The notes under the pieces were generated by a model. It was not told the DNA's origin. It ran no database searches and saw only the letters and a program-made list of their open reading frames with translations. From Nannocystis bainbridge (GTDB lineage Bacteria > Myxococcota_A > Polyangia > Nannocystales > Nannocystaceae), in NCBI RefSeq assembly GCF_028368995.1, contig NZ_JAQNDL010000001.1, positions 3,776,001 through 3,840,000 of the forward strand: a DNA stretch of 64,000 bases, in the 5' to 3' direction. This document shows, one piece after another, positions 32,415-41,183 of this stretch; positions within the stretch are counted from its first letter, which is position 1; every line of letters starts with the position of its first letter. A program made the translations under genes and the position numbers.

Positions 32415-32756
32415 ATGCGCAACATCACCAAGATCGCCTCCTTCCTGTTCACCTTCCTCGTCCCCGCGATCGTCCTGGCCGCTCCCGCTGGTGCTGCCGA
32501 GACCTCCGGCTCCGAGCGCTCGATCTACGGCTTCGCCATGGCGATCGCCATCGGCCTCGCCGCGCTCGGCGGTGGCCTGGGCCAGGGTCGCGCCGTCGCG
32601 GCCGCCCTCGAGGGCATCTGCCGCAACCCGAACAGCGCCGGCAAGGTCCTCGTCCCGATGCTCCTCGGCCTCGCCTTCATCGAGTCGCTGGTCATCTTCG
32701 CCCTCATCATCGCCTTCACCCTCGGCGGCTACGTCGCCCCGACGATCGGCGGCTGA
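32415..32756 (+). CDS. atpE: F0F1 ATP synthase subunit c with N-terminal extension
   Basis: GLAALGGGLGQG, RNP loop, essential Glu in FIESL. Confidence 0.95.
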   Translation: MRNITKIASFLFTFLVPAIVLAAPAGAAETSGSERSIYGFAMAIAIGLAALGGGLGQGRAVAAALEGICRNPNSAGKVLVPMLLGLAFIESLVIFALIIAFTLGGYVAPTIGG

Positions 32757-32788
32757 GCAGCCCCGAGCCGCTCCGGCTCTTCGGCCTC

Positions 32789-32833
32789 CACGAGCCCCTC
32801 GGACCTCGCGTCCGCGGGGCTTCGTGTTTAATT
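32789..32833 (+). terminator. Intrinsic terminator after atpE
   Basis: CACGAGCCCC-TCGGAC...GTCCG-CGGGGCTTCGTG followed by TTTAATT. Confidence 0.6.
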
Positions 32834-32839
32834 CAGGCC

Positions 32840-32881
32840 TGACTTTTCGCGCATGTCCGATGCGACATGTCCCATCGGACA
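32840..32881. repeat. Three-unit TGTC-N6-GACA array
   Basis: TGAC TTTTCG CGCA TGTC CGATGC GACA TGTC CCATCG GACA. Confidence 0.8.
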
Positions 32882-32947
32882 TCGCGGTCGACCTGCGCAT
32901 CAGGAATGATCCCCCGGCGCACCCCGCCGAGCTGACCGCCGCGACCA

Positions 32948-33120
32948 CGCCCTCGTCGTCGCCCGCCTCCCGCTCGTCGCGCCACGACAACGCCCTCGTC
33001 GTCGCCCGCCTCCTGCTCGTCGCGCCGCGCCGACCCCTCGTCGTCGCCAGGCTCCCGCTCGTCGCGCCGCGACGACGCCCTCGTCGTCGCCAGCCTCCCG
33101 CTCGTCGCGCCGGGACGAAC
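32948..33120. repeat. Tandem repeat, four copies of 42-43 bp
   Basis: Unit CGCCCTCGTCGTCGCC(C/A)GCCTCCCGCTCGTCGCGCC.CGAC; cores at 32950, 32993, 33035, 33078. Confidence 0.85.
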
Positions 33121-33433
33121 GCCTCGTCTCGCCGGAACGAACGCCGAACTTTTCGCGAGAAAGCGTCTGTTCGGCGGCCAGCCCTGGCCGACGAACAGGC
33201 GCCGCCGATCGCCGCCTGGGCGTCCCTCGCAGCGGAGCCGAGGACGGCGGTCGGGCCTCTCACGGCTGCAGCCGTGCTCGGGGTTCGGGGGAGGGTCGGC
33301 GACGAATACGAGACAGGATGGCCGCGAGGAACGAGCGTCCATCCAGACGCTGAACTCGTCGCCGACCCTCCCCCGGACCCCTTGCGAGGCGCAGTCGGCA
33401 ATATGCGAAGCAGCCTGCCCCCCTCGAGCGAGC

Positions 33434-34345
33434 TCAGTAGGGACTGGGCATCTCGCTCTTGCGGTCCGCCCCCGCCACCGACCGCTCGATGTACTCGATG
33501 ATCGAGTCCGCCACATCGATCTCGGTCGTCCGCTCGATCCCCTCGAGCCCTGGCGAAGAGTTCACCTCGAGCACCACCGGACCGCGGCGGCTGCGGAGGA
33601 TATCGACCCCTGCCACCTTCAGTCCCAGGATCGCGGCGGCGCGGACCGCCGTCGAGCGTTCCTTCGGCGTCAGCTTGATCTTCGTCGCCTTCCCGCCGCG
33701 GTGGAGGTTCGAGCGGAACTCGCCTGGTGCGCCCTGGCGCTTCATCGCTGCCACCACCCGGTTGCCGATCACGAACGCCCGGATGTCCGCGCCTTCGGCT
33801 TCCTTCACGAACTCCTGGACCAGGATGTTCACGTCGAGCCCGCGGAACGCCTCGATCACGCTGCGAGCGGCTGCCGGCGTATCGGCCAGCACCACCCCGA
33901 TCCCTTGCGTCCCCTCGAGCATCTTCACCACCACTGGTGGTCCGCCGATCACCTCGAGCAGGCCCTCGATGTCCTTGATCGAGTGGCCGAACCCCGTGAT
34001 CGGCAGCCCGATGCCTTTCGCCGCCAGGATCTGCATCGTCCGCAGCTTGTCGCGCGAGCGCGAGATCGCCTGCGAGCGGTTCGGCGTGAACACCCCCATC
34101 ATCTCGAACTGGCGGACCACCGCCGTCCCGTAGAACGTATTGGAAGCCCCGATCCGCGGGATGATCGCGTCGACATCGCGCAGGTCTTCGCCGTGGTAGA
34201 CCACGTGGGGTCGGCTCGACGTGATGTTCATGTAGCAGCGCAGGTAGTCGACCACCTGCACCTCGTGCCCGCGATGCTCGGCCGCCTCGCGCAGGCGGCT
34301 GGTCGAGTACAGCGACCCGTCACGCGACAAGATCGCGATCTTCAC
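33434..34345 (-). CDS. rimK: ATP-grasp ribosomal protein S6--L-glutamate ligase
   Basis: [53 protein letters not shown]; GTGA overlap with the upstream gene. Confidence 0.93.
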   Translation of the reverse strand: MKIAILSRDGSLYSTSRLREAAEHRGHEVQVVDYLRCYMNITSSRPHVVYHGEDLRDVDAIIPRIGASNTFYGTAVVRQFEMMGVFTPNRSQAISRSRDKLRTMQILAAKGIGLPITGFGHSIKDIEGLLEVIGGPPVVVKMLEGTQGIGVVLADTPAAARSVIEAFRGLDVNILVQEFVKEAEGADIRAFVIGNRVVAAMKRQGAPGEFRSNLHRGGKATKIKLTPKERSTAVRAAAILGLKVAGVDILRSRRGPVVLEVNSSPGLEGIERTTEIDVADSIIEYIERSVAGADRKSEMPSPY

Positions 34346-34794
34346 GACACCCTCCGCAGCTTGTGACCGCAGCAGAAGCTCCGCTGTGGGTCGACGAGGA
34401 AGCGCCCGCGCACGGCTTCGCGTCCGAGCAGCATACGAAAGCCGAGCAGCGCTCGGTTGGACAGCGTCAGCTCCACGTCGAACTCGAGCGAGCCGACGCG
34501 GATCGGCGTCTGCACCACGGGTCGCAGCTCGCTGTGGCCGCCGGAGGTCCGGACCACGCGCTCGTCGACCATCATCGCCTCCGACACCACGGCGTCGCCG
34601 TCGTGGTTCTGATGCGGATGGACGCGGAAGCGGACCCTCGCGTTCGGCAGCTTTTCGACGCCAAACGCGTGCAGAGCGGAGGTACGGGCCCCGGTATCGA
34701 CCTTGACCTTGAGCGCGCCGATCCCCAGATCGGGCAACGCCACCCACTCGCGCCAACCGAGCACCACCAGGGCATCGACCCCGAGCGTCGTCAT
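34342..34794 (-). CDS. RimK-associated ATP-dependent Zn protease / retropepsin-like protein (RimB-like)
   Basis: [32 protein letters not shown]. Confidence 0.88.
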   Translation of the reverse strand: MTTLGVDALVVLGWREWVALPDLGIGALKVKVDTGARTSALHAFGVEKLPNARVRFRVHPHQNHDGDAVVSEAMMVDERVVRTSGGHSELRPVVQTPIRVGSLEFDVELTLSNRALLGFRMLLGREAVRGRFLVDPQRSFCCGHKLRRVS

Positions 34795-34949
34795 CACCAC
34801 CACTCGCTTCACCTCGTCGGCGCGTGCGCCAGGGCTAACGCTTGCCGAACTCGATGATACGGTCAAGCACACGCCCCCCGGCGCGACCGTAGCGCGCTGC
34901 GGGGGGCGTGCGACCTCACGCTTTTTGGTGAGGTGGTGACTGTGTCTGC

Positions 34950-35381
34950 TCACTCGTCGGCGAACTCGACATCTTCGCCGTGCGTGTCACACGGACCGAG
35001 CTCCTCGGGCTCGGCTGCGAGCGCGTCGGAGGCCGGGGCGGGGACCTCGCCTGCGTGCGTCGGGCGCGGCCGGATCGTCAGCCCCTCGCGGGCGCCGAGG
35101 CCTTCCGTGTGAGTGAACACGAGCGGGTTGCGGAGCTCCTTCAGCCCCTCCGGGCGCTGGTGCGGCCGGTGCGTCAAGAGCCGCTCGTCGGTCAGCTCGA
35201 GCGGACCTGCCTCGAGCTCCGCATCGAGCGCATCGAGCTCCTCGGCGGACATCACCTCGAGGTCCTCGACCGTCACACCGAGCGACTCGTAGGTCGCGGC
35301 ATCGTCACAGCCGGGGGCGACGACGGTCGCGGCGGTGAGAGCGGTGAGGGTGAGCGTGCGGATACGGGTGAAGATCGACAT
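34950..35381 (-). CDS. Hypothetical lipoprotein
   Basis: Signal peptide with APGC lipobox. Confidence 0.55.
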   Translation of the reverse strand: MSIFTRIRTLTLTALTAATVVAPGCDDAATYESLGVTVEDLEVMSAEELDALDAELEAGPLELTDERLLTHRPHQRPEGLKELRNPLVFTHTEGLGAREGLTIRPRPTHAGEVPAPASDALAAEPEELGPCDTHGEDVEFADE

Positions 35382-35536
35382 GGCCGGGAATCCTTTTGTG
35401 GTCCGCTGCTGGACCGGGATGCCGCCCCCTTTACAATCCTCGCGCCGTCGCGTTTCTCCTTGAAATTATTCAATTTCGCAGCGGAGCACCGATCGCCGCC
35501 GCAACACCCGTCGCCAGCGCTGCGGCCTGCCGCCGG

Positions 35537-36154
35537 CTACTCCGGTTGCCACGCGCGGCTCGCCGCCGCCGTGAACTCGGCGCGCCAGACCGGTCCGTGC
35601 ACCAGCAGCTCGAACGCCGCCGCTGCGAGCCCGAGCCCGAGCGCCACCAGCAGCCCGAGTCCGAGCGGCGCTGGCAGGCGCGAAAAGGGCGCCGTCAGCA
35701 CGCGCAGCCCCGGGATGAGCACCCCTGCCGCCGCCAGGTAATTGGCGAAGCCCATGCCGAACGAGAACCCGACGAACCACAGCAGCCGCTGTTGCGGCGG
35801 CCAGCCTGTCGGCGCCCGCGGGTCGACGATCCCCAGCGACACGTCGAACGCCTGCAGCGTCACCAGCCCGACGTACGTGAGCGCCAGCGCGAACGTGTAG
35901 CGCACCGGCCGCGAGTCGATCGCCATCCACCGCGGCATCCGGCGCGCGTGCTCCCCGTAGTCGAGGCGCCCCTCGAGCGCGCCGGCGACCAGCAGCAGCG
36001 GGAAGCAGGCCCACAGCATCGCCGCGTGGGCCTGCGCCGGGATTTGCCCGCCGAAGCCGTCGAACCGCGACAACACCATCGCCGCGAACACCAGCGCGAA
36101 CAGCCAGAACAGCGGCGCCACCGCGGCCGGCGCCAGGTCTTGCTTGCGGGCCAC
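35537..36154 (-). CDS. Hypothetical integral membrane protein
   Basis: About five hydrophobic helices; operonic with the YkgJ gene. Confidence 0.65.
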   Translation of the reverse strand: MARKQDLAPAAVAPLFWLFALVFAAMVLSRFDGFGGQIPAQAHAAMLWACFPLLLVAGALEGRLDYGEHARRMPRWMAIDSRPVRYTFALALTYVGLVTLQAFDVSLGIVDPRAPTGWPPQQRLLWFVGFSFGMGFANYLAAAGVLIPGLRVLTAPFSRLPAPLGLGLLVALGLGLAAAAFELLVHGPVWRAEFTAAASRAWQPE

Positions 36155-36157
36155 CGC

Positions 36158-36562
36158 TCACCCCGTCCGTCGGTTCATCGTCCGCCGCGTCGGGTACGGC
36201 AGCCCGGCCGCCGCGCGCAGCCCGGCGCAGATCTCGAGCGCGTCGCCTGGCCGCCACTTCATCGGAAACCCCACGCACTGCGTCGGCTTGAGCGCGTGCA
36301 CCTCGCAGGTGTTCTCCGGCGTCAGGTACACGCACGAGCGCAGCGCGTCCCCCTGGTCGATCAGACAGGTCGCCCCGTCCTCGCGCCGAACCGTATAACG
36401 GGCCAGGTACGCCGCTTCCTCCAGCCCCGCGTGGGCCGCCAGCCGCGTCACGTCGTCCGCCGTCAGGACCACGTCGCCGTCGCCGCGGCAGCAGTTGCCG
36501 CAGCGATGGCACGCGAACTCGGACACCTCGTAAGGCCACTCGCTCTCGGGGGGCGCCGCCAT
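36158..36562 (-). CDS. YkgJ family cysteine-cluster (Fe-S/Zn) protein
   Basis: FACHRCGNCC...CVYL...CEVH..KPTQCVGFP. Confidence 0.88.
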   Translation of the reverse strand: MAAPPESEWPYEVSEFACHRCGNCCRGDGDVVLTADDVTRLAAHAGLEEAAYLARYTVRREDGATCLIDQGDALRSCVYLTPENTCEVHALKPTQCVGFPMKWRPGDALEICAGLRAAAGLPYPTRRTMNRRTG

Positions 36563-36714
36563 CGGCCGGACTATCGCCGCGCTCGCCGCCCGCGTCGAGC
36601 CCCCGCTGCGCCGCCTCGCTCACCCCGCGTCGAGCCTCCGCGGCGCCGCCACCGGCCGATCGCCGCCGCGCTCGTCGCCCGCGTCGAGCCCCCCGGGCGT
36701 GGCATCATCCGGGC

Positions 36715-38100
36715 GTGCTGCCTCGCCTGCTCCTCGCCAGCGCCATCCTCTCCGCCTGCGCCGCGAGGCCGGCGCCGCCGCCCCAGCCCGCGGCCGTATG
36801 TCCGGTCCCCGAGCGCGACGCCCCGCTCGTGCGCGCCGCCGACCTGTCCCCGGAGACAGCCGCCGCCGAGGCCCTCCTCCTGCGCAACGCCCGGCTCATC
36901 GACGGCAGCGGCGGCGCCCCGCAGCTCGGCGTCGACATCCTCCTCAAGGCCGGGCGGATCGCCGAGATCGGCAAGGGCCTCGCCGCGCCTGCTGGCGCCG
37001 CCGTCATCGACCTCGGCGGCCGCACCCTCCTGCCCGGCCTCATCGATGCCCACACCCACCTCCTCGGCCACATGCCCGCCTCGCACGCCGAGGCCGTCAT
37101 GCTCGAGGTCCAGGAGAGCGACGCCGACCTCGCCTTGCGCGGCGTCGCCCACGCGCGCGCCACCTTGCTGGCCGGCTTCACCACCGTGCGCGACGTCGGC
37201 GGCACCTTCGCCATCCGCAGCCTGCGCGACGCCATCGCCGCCGGACGGATCGCCGGCCCGCGGATCGTCGCTGCCAACCACGCCATCGGCATCACCGGCG
37301 GCCACTGTGACGACACCAACGGCCTGCGCCCCGAAGTCTTCGGCGGCCCGCCCGACTTTCGCGCCGGCATCGCCGACGGCCCCGACGACGTGCGCAAGGC
37401 CGTGCGCCACCAGATCAAGCTCGGCGCCGACGTCATCAAGGTCTGCGCCACCGGCGGCGTGCTCAGCTCCGGCGACGGCGTCGGCGACCCGCAGCTCACC
37501 CCGGCCGAGCTCACCGCCATCGTCGACGAGGCCGCCCGCGCCGGGCGCAAGGTCGCCGCGCACGCCCACGGCACCGAGGGCATCAAGGACGCCGTGCGCG
37601 CCGGCGTGCACAGCATCGAGCACGGCAGCCTGCTCGACGCCGACGCCATCGCCCTCATGAAGAAGAAGGGCACCTTCCTCGTGCCCACCGTCTACGTCGG
37701 CCGCGTCGTCGAGCAGGCCGCCGAGACCGGCAAGCTCGCGCCCGACAGCGCCGCCAAGGCCCGCTTCATCGCCCCGCGCATGCGCGACAGCTTCGCCCGC
37801 GCCGTCAAGGCCGGCGTCAAGATCGCCTTCGGCACCGACGCCGGCGTCTTCCCCCACGGCGACAACGCCCGCGAGTTCGCCGTCATGGTCGACCTCGGCA
37901 TGGCCCCCAAGGACGCCATCGTCGCCGCCACCCGCAGCGCCGCCGAGCTGCTCGGCCTGCGCGACCTCGGCCAGGTCAAGCCCGGCTTCATCGCCGACCT
38001 GCTCGTCGTCGACGGCGACCCCCTCACCGACATCCGCGTGCTCGAGCGCCCCGCGCTGGTCGTCCAGGGCGGTCGTCCCGTGCGGCCACCCGCCTGGTGA
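36715..38100 (+). CDS. Metal-dependent amidohydrolase (Xaa-Pro dipeptidase-like), lipoprotein
   Basis: LSAC lipobox, PGLIDAHTH, GFTTVRD, IKVCATGGV, AAHAHG, SIEHG, FGTDAG. Confidence 0.9.
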   Translation: MLPRLLLASAILSACAARPAPPPQPAAVCPVPERDAPLVRAADLSPETAAAEALLLRNARLIDGSGGAPQLGVDILLKAGRIAEIGKGLAAPAGAAVIDLGGRTLLPGLIDAHTHLLGHMPASHAEAVMLEVQESDADLALRGVAHARATLLAGFTTVRDVGGTFAIRSLRDAIAAGRIAGPRIVAANHAIGITGGHCDDTNGLRPEVFGGPPDFRAGIADGPDDVRKAVRHQIKLGADVIKVCATGGVLSSGDGVGDPQLTPAELTAIVDEAARAGRKVAAHAHGTEGIKDAVRAGVHSIEHGSLLDADAIALMKKKGTFLVPTVYVGRVVEQAAETGKLAPDSAAKARFIAPRMRDSFARAVKAGVKIAFGTDAGVFPHGDNAREFAVMVDLGMAPKDAIVAATRSAAELLGLRDLGQVKPGFIADLLVVDGDPLTDIRVLERPALVVQGGRPVRPPAW

Positions 38101-38303
38101 TACCGAGCCTGCGGGTCGTCCAGGGCGGTCGTCCCGTGCAGCCATCCGCCTGTTGATGATGCCCCGAGCGTGCAGGAGGCCGCGCGCGCGTCGCCCAGGG
38201 CCGTCGTCCCGTGCAGCCGCCGCCTGAGCACGCCCCGAGCGTGCAGGGGCGCCCCGCGCGAGTCACCGGGCCGGTCGTCCCGTGCGGCCGCCCGCCTGGT
38301 GAT
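38059..38303. repeat. Degenerate four-copy repeat of the amidohydrolase 3' end
   Basis: Core GTCGTCCCGTGC(G/A)GCC..CGCCTG at 38072, 38128, 38203, 38274. Confidence 0.8.
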
Positions 38304-38924
38304 GTGCCAAACTTCGCGCGCGTGCACTCCCTCCCGCGCGACCTCAGCCTGCGGCTCGACCCCATCGGCGACCCGTTGCCCGACCCCGCGCCGCTCCGCC
38401 ACGCGGCAGTGCTCGCCCCGATCTTGATCGAGGAGACCCCCGGCGACGGCCCCCGCCTCCTCCTCATCGAGCGCGCCGGCAACCTGCGCAACCACCCCGG
38501 CCAGATCGCCTTCCCTGGCGGCAAGCCCGACCCCGAGGACCGCGACCTCGTCGCCACCGCCCTGCGCGAGGCCTGGGAGGAGGTCGCCCTGCCGCCGGAG
38601 CGGGTCACCATCCTCGGCCGCCTCAGCCCCGTCCCCGTCCCCACCGGCTACCTCATCATCCCCTTCGTCGGCCTCGTCGACGGCCCCTTCGTCCCCACCC
38701 ACGCCGAGGCCGAGGTCACCGCCGTCCTCATGCCGTCCTTCCGCCGCGTCGCCGACCCCGCCCTCTACCGCTTCGCCGGCGAGCGCGAGTGGCAGGGCCA
38801 GCGCTACGAGCTGCACGAGTTCCAGATCCACGAACCCCCGCTGTGGGGCGCCACGGCCCGCATCGTCTACGACCTGCTGCAGCGCCTCGACCTCGCCCCT
38901 GCCCGCCCGCCCGAGGCGCCGTGA
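38304..38924 (+). CDS. NUDIX CoA pyrophosphatase (NudL-like)
   Basis: HPGQIAFPGG then Nudix box ALREAWEEV, WGATA; GTG start at 38304 or 38322. Confidence 0.88.
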   Translation: MPNFARVHSLPRDLSLRLDPIGDPLPDPAPLRHAAVLAPILIEETPGDGPRLLLIERAGNLRNHPGQIAFPGGKPDPEDRDLVATALREAWEEVALPPERVTILGRLSPVPVPTGYLIIPFVGLVDGPFVPTHAEAEVTAVLMPSFRRVADPALYRFAGEREWQGQRYELHEFQIHEPPLWGATARIVYDLLQRLDLAPARPPEAP

Positions 38925-40240
38925 TGCCGCCTGTCCCCAAAGACAGGGATTCACTGGATCTCTCTGCGACCTCCCACGCGCCGAAGGGACTCGCTTCGGA
39001 CCCGCCGGGCAGCGCACAACCTGTCCCCGAGGACACCTCACTCGCCCCCGCCGTCTCACCTGTCCCCGAGGACACCTCACTCACCCTCACCCCTGCGATC
39101 CTCGCCCGCCTCGCCGCCGTCGCCGAGGCGAGCGGCCTATTAAAACTCGGCGTCGTCCGCCTCGACCATCCTGGCTTCGTCCCTGCGCGCGCCGCTCTGG
39201 ACGCCTACGTCGCCGCCGGCAAGGCTGGTGACATGGACTTCATCCCGCGCACCCTCGACCTGCGCAAAGATCCGTCCGGCATGCTCCCTGGCGCGCGCAC
39301 CATGCTCGTCGCCGCCGTCCCTTACGGCGGCGAGCCGGGCCCGATCGCCCGCTACGCCCGCACCGTCGACTACCACACCGTCGTCCACCAGCGCCTCATC
39401 GCCCTCGAGGCCGCCCTGCACGCCGAGCTCCCCGGCGTACGCAGCCTGATCTGCGTCGACACCAAGCCCGTCCTCGAGCGCAGCGCCGCCGCCCTCGCTG
39501 GCCTCGGCTTCATCGGCAAGCACGGCTGCCTCATCGTCCCTGGCCTCGGCAGCTACGTTCTGCTCGGCGAGCTCCTCTGCACCGCCGACTGGTCCGAACC
39601 ACCTCCCTCCGCCCCGCCCCGGGGCGTCCCGTGGGACGCTTGCGGCGCCTGCACCCGCTGCCTCGACGCCTGCCCCACCGCCGCCTTCGACGCCCCTGGC
39701 CAGCTCGACCCCCGGCGCTGCCTCAGCTACCTCACCATCGAGCACCGCGGGCCTGTCCCCGAGGACATGTCCGAAAAGTTCGGCGAGCGCCTGGCCGGCT
39801 GCGACGTGTGCCAGGAGGTCTGCCCCTACAACGCCGGCCTCGGCCGCAATGCGCGGATCCCCACGGTCGCCTGGCTCCCGCCCGCGCCCCGGCCCGCGCC
39901 CACCGTCACCGCCATGGCCGCGCTCGGCGGCGCCCAGTACCGCGGCTTCGTCCGCCACACCGCCCTGCGGCGAATCCCCCACCGCCTCATGCGCCGCAAC
40001 GCCCTGCTCGCGCTCGGCAACCGCACCGGCGCCCCCGACCCCGACGAGCGCCACGCCTTCGCCGCCGGCCTGCTCGAGCCCGACTCACGCGTCCACGACG
40101 CCGCCCGCTGGGCCGCCGCCCGCCGCGGCCTCGACGAGCAGGCCCTGACCCCCGAGCTCGAGCAGATCCGCCGCGAACGCGAGGCAGCAGCCGCCGCCGC
40201 CCTCGCCGCCGCCGAGGCCCGCGAGCAGGAAGACGACTGA
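38924..40240 (+). CDS. queG: tRNA epoxyqueuosine reductase
   Basis: IARYA..DYH, VDTKPVLER, GLGFIGK, CGACTRCLDACPT, CLSYLTIE, GCDVCQEVCPYN. Confidence 0.9.
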   Translation: MPPVPKDRDSLDLSATSHAPKGLASDPPGSAQPVPEDTSLAPAVSPVPEDTSLTLTPAILARLAAVAEASGLLKLGVVRLDHPGFVPARAALDAYVAAGKAGDMDFIPRTLDLRKDPSGMLPGARTMLVAAVPYGGEPGPIARYARTVDYHTVVHQRLIALEAALHAELPGVRSLICVDTKPVLERSAAALAGLGFIGKHGCLIVPGLGSYVLLGELLCTADWSEPPPSAPPRGVPWDACGACTRCLDACPTAAFDAPGQLDPRRCLSYLTIEHRGPVPEDMSEKFGERLAGCDVCQEVCPYNAGLGRNARIPTVAWLPPAPRPAPTVTAMAALGGAQYRGFVRHTALRRIPHRLMRRNALLALGNRTGAPDPDERHAFAAGLLEPDSRVHDAARWAAARRGLDEQALTPELEQIRREREAAAAAALAAAEAREQEDD

Positions 40241-40271
40241 CTCCCGGCGCCCGTCGTCTTTCAAACTTTAT

Positions 40272-40331
40272 GACATGTCCTTGAAGACATTGTCGGAAGG
40301 ACATGCTCCCAAGAACATGTCCTTCACGCCA
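40272..40331. repeat. Four-unit phased TGTC-N6-GACA array
   Basis: GACA TGTC CTTGAA GACA TTGT CGGAAG GACA TGCT CCCAAG AACA TGTC. Confidence 0.85.
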
Positions 40332-40426
40332 TCTCTGTGAACCACACCTACAACTGCCTCATCCCCGCGCCGCCTGCCCCGGCCTCATCGCCGCAGCCCT
40401 GCTGACCGACGTCCCTTCGGACAGCC

Positions 40427-41176
40427 TCAGCTCCGCCCCGCCAGCCACGCCGTCATCGCCGCGTGCCCGCTGCGCAGCGCCGCCGGTCCCGCGTCGAGGC
40501 GGAACGGCGTCACTCGCGGCAGGTCGTCGACCATCAGCACCTTGCGGCCTGGCCCATCGGACAGCCCGTGCGGCACCCCGGCCGACAGCCCGCGCCACGG
40601 GCTGCGCGAGCGCAGCGCGTGGTGGAGCGCTCGCTCGCCCGGCTTCAGCGCGCACAGCCCCAGCCGGTCCGCCACCCCGCCGTCGAGCAGCAGTCGGCCC
40701 TCGTGGCGCAGCGGGCGGAACATCAGCGGCACCGTGCACGACGCCTGGATCGCCGGACCCAGCGGCCCCTGGTCGACCGCCCGGACCCGGCGCGAGCCCA
40801 CGTCGTAGACCACCGCCGCGAACGGCAGCCGGCAGTCCTCCACCTTGCGGACCCCGCGGTCGTCGAGCAGCGAGCGCAGCTTCGCCGCGAACTTCCCGCC
40901 CTTGAGCAGCCCCCCGAGCGGCAGCCCCGGGTCCCAGAAATCGGCCCGACGCAGGCGCAGCAGCTCCTCCGCCAGCTCGGTCGCCGACAGCCCCGAAGCC
41001 CACAGCCCGCCCGCCAGCGCCCCCGCGCTCACCCCCACGATCCGCCGCGGCGAAAGCCCGGCCTCCTCGAGCGCCTGCAGCACCCCCGTGTGGGCGAAGA
41101 AGCCGAAGAACCCGGCCGACAGGGCCAGCGTGAACGGCTCGGCGGCCAGCCACTCGCGATTGGAGGCGTGCGTCAT
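40427..41176 (-). CDS. Patatin-like phospholipase
   Basis: LALSAGFFGFFAHTGV, nucleophile GVSAG, DGG. Confidence 0.88.
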   Translation of the reverse strand: MTHASNREWLAAEPFTLALSAGFFGFFAHTGVLQALEEAGLSPRRIVGVSAGALAGGLWASGLSATELAEELLRLRRADFWDPGLPLGGLLKGGKFAAKLRSLLDDRGVRKVEDCRLPFAAVVYDVGSRRVRAVDQGPLGPAIQASCTVPLMFRPLRHEGRLLLDGGVADRLGLCALKPGERALHHALRSRSPWRGLSAGVPHGLSDGPGRKVLMVDDLPRVTPFRLDAGPAALRSGHAAMTAWLAGRS

Positions 41177-41183
41177 GGATGAC

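Noticed and set aside
30828-32756. Incomplete ATP synthase operon (only I, a, c)
   Set aside because: Split atp operons are normal in Myxococcota and former Deltaproteobacteria
38059-38303. CRISPR array
   Set aside because: Repeats are degenerate, spacers resemble each other and vary in length, the first copy is coding sequence, and there are no cas genes
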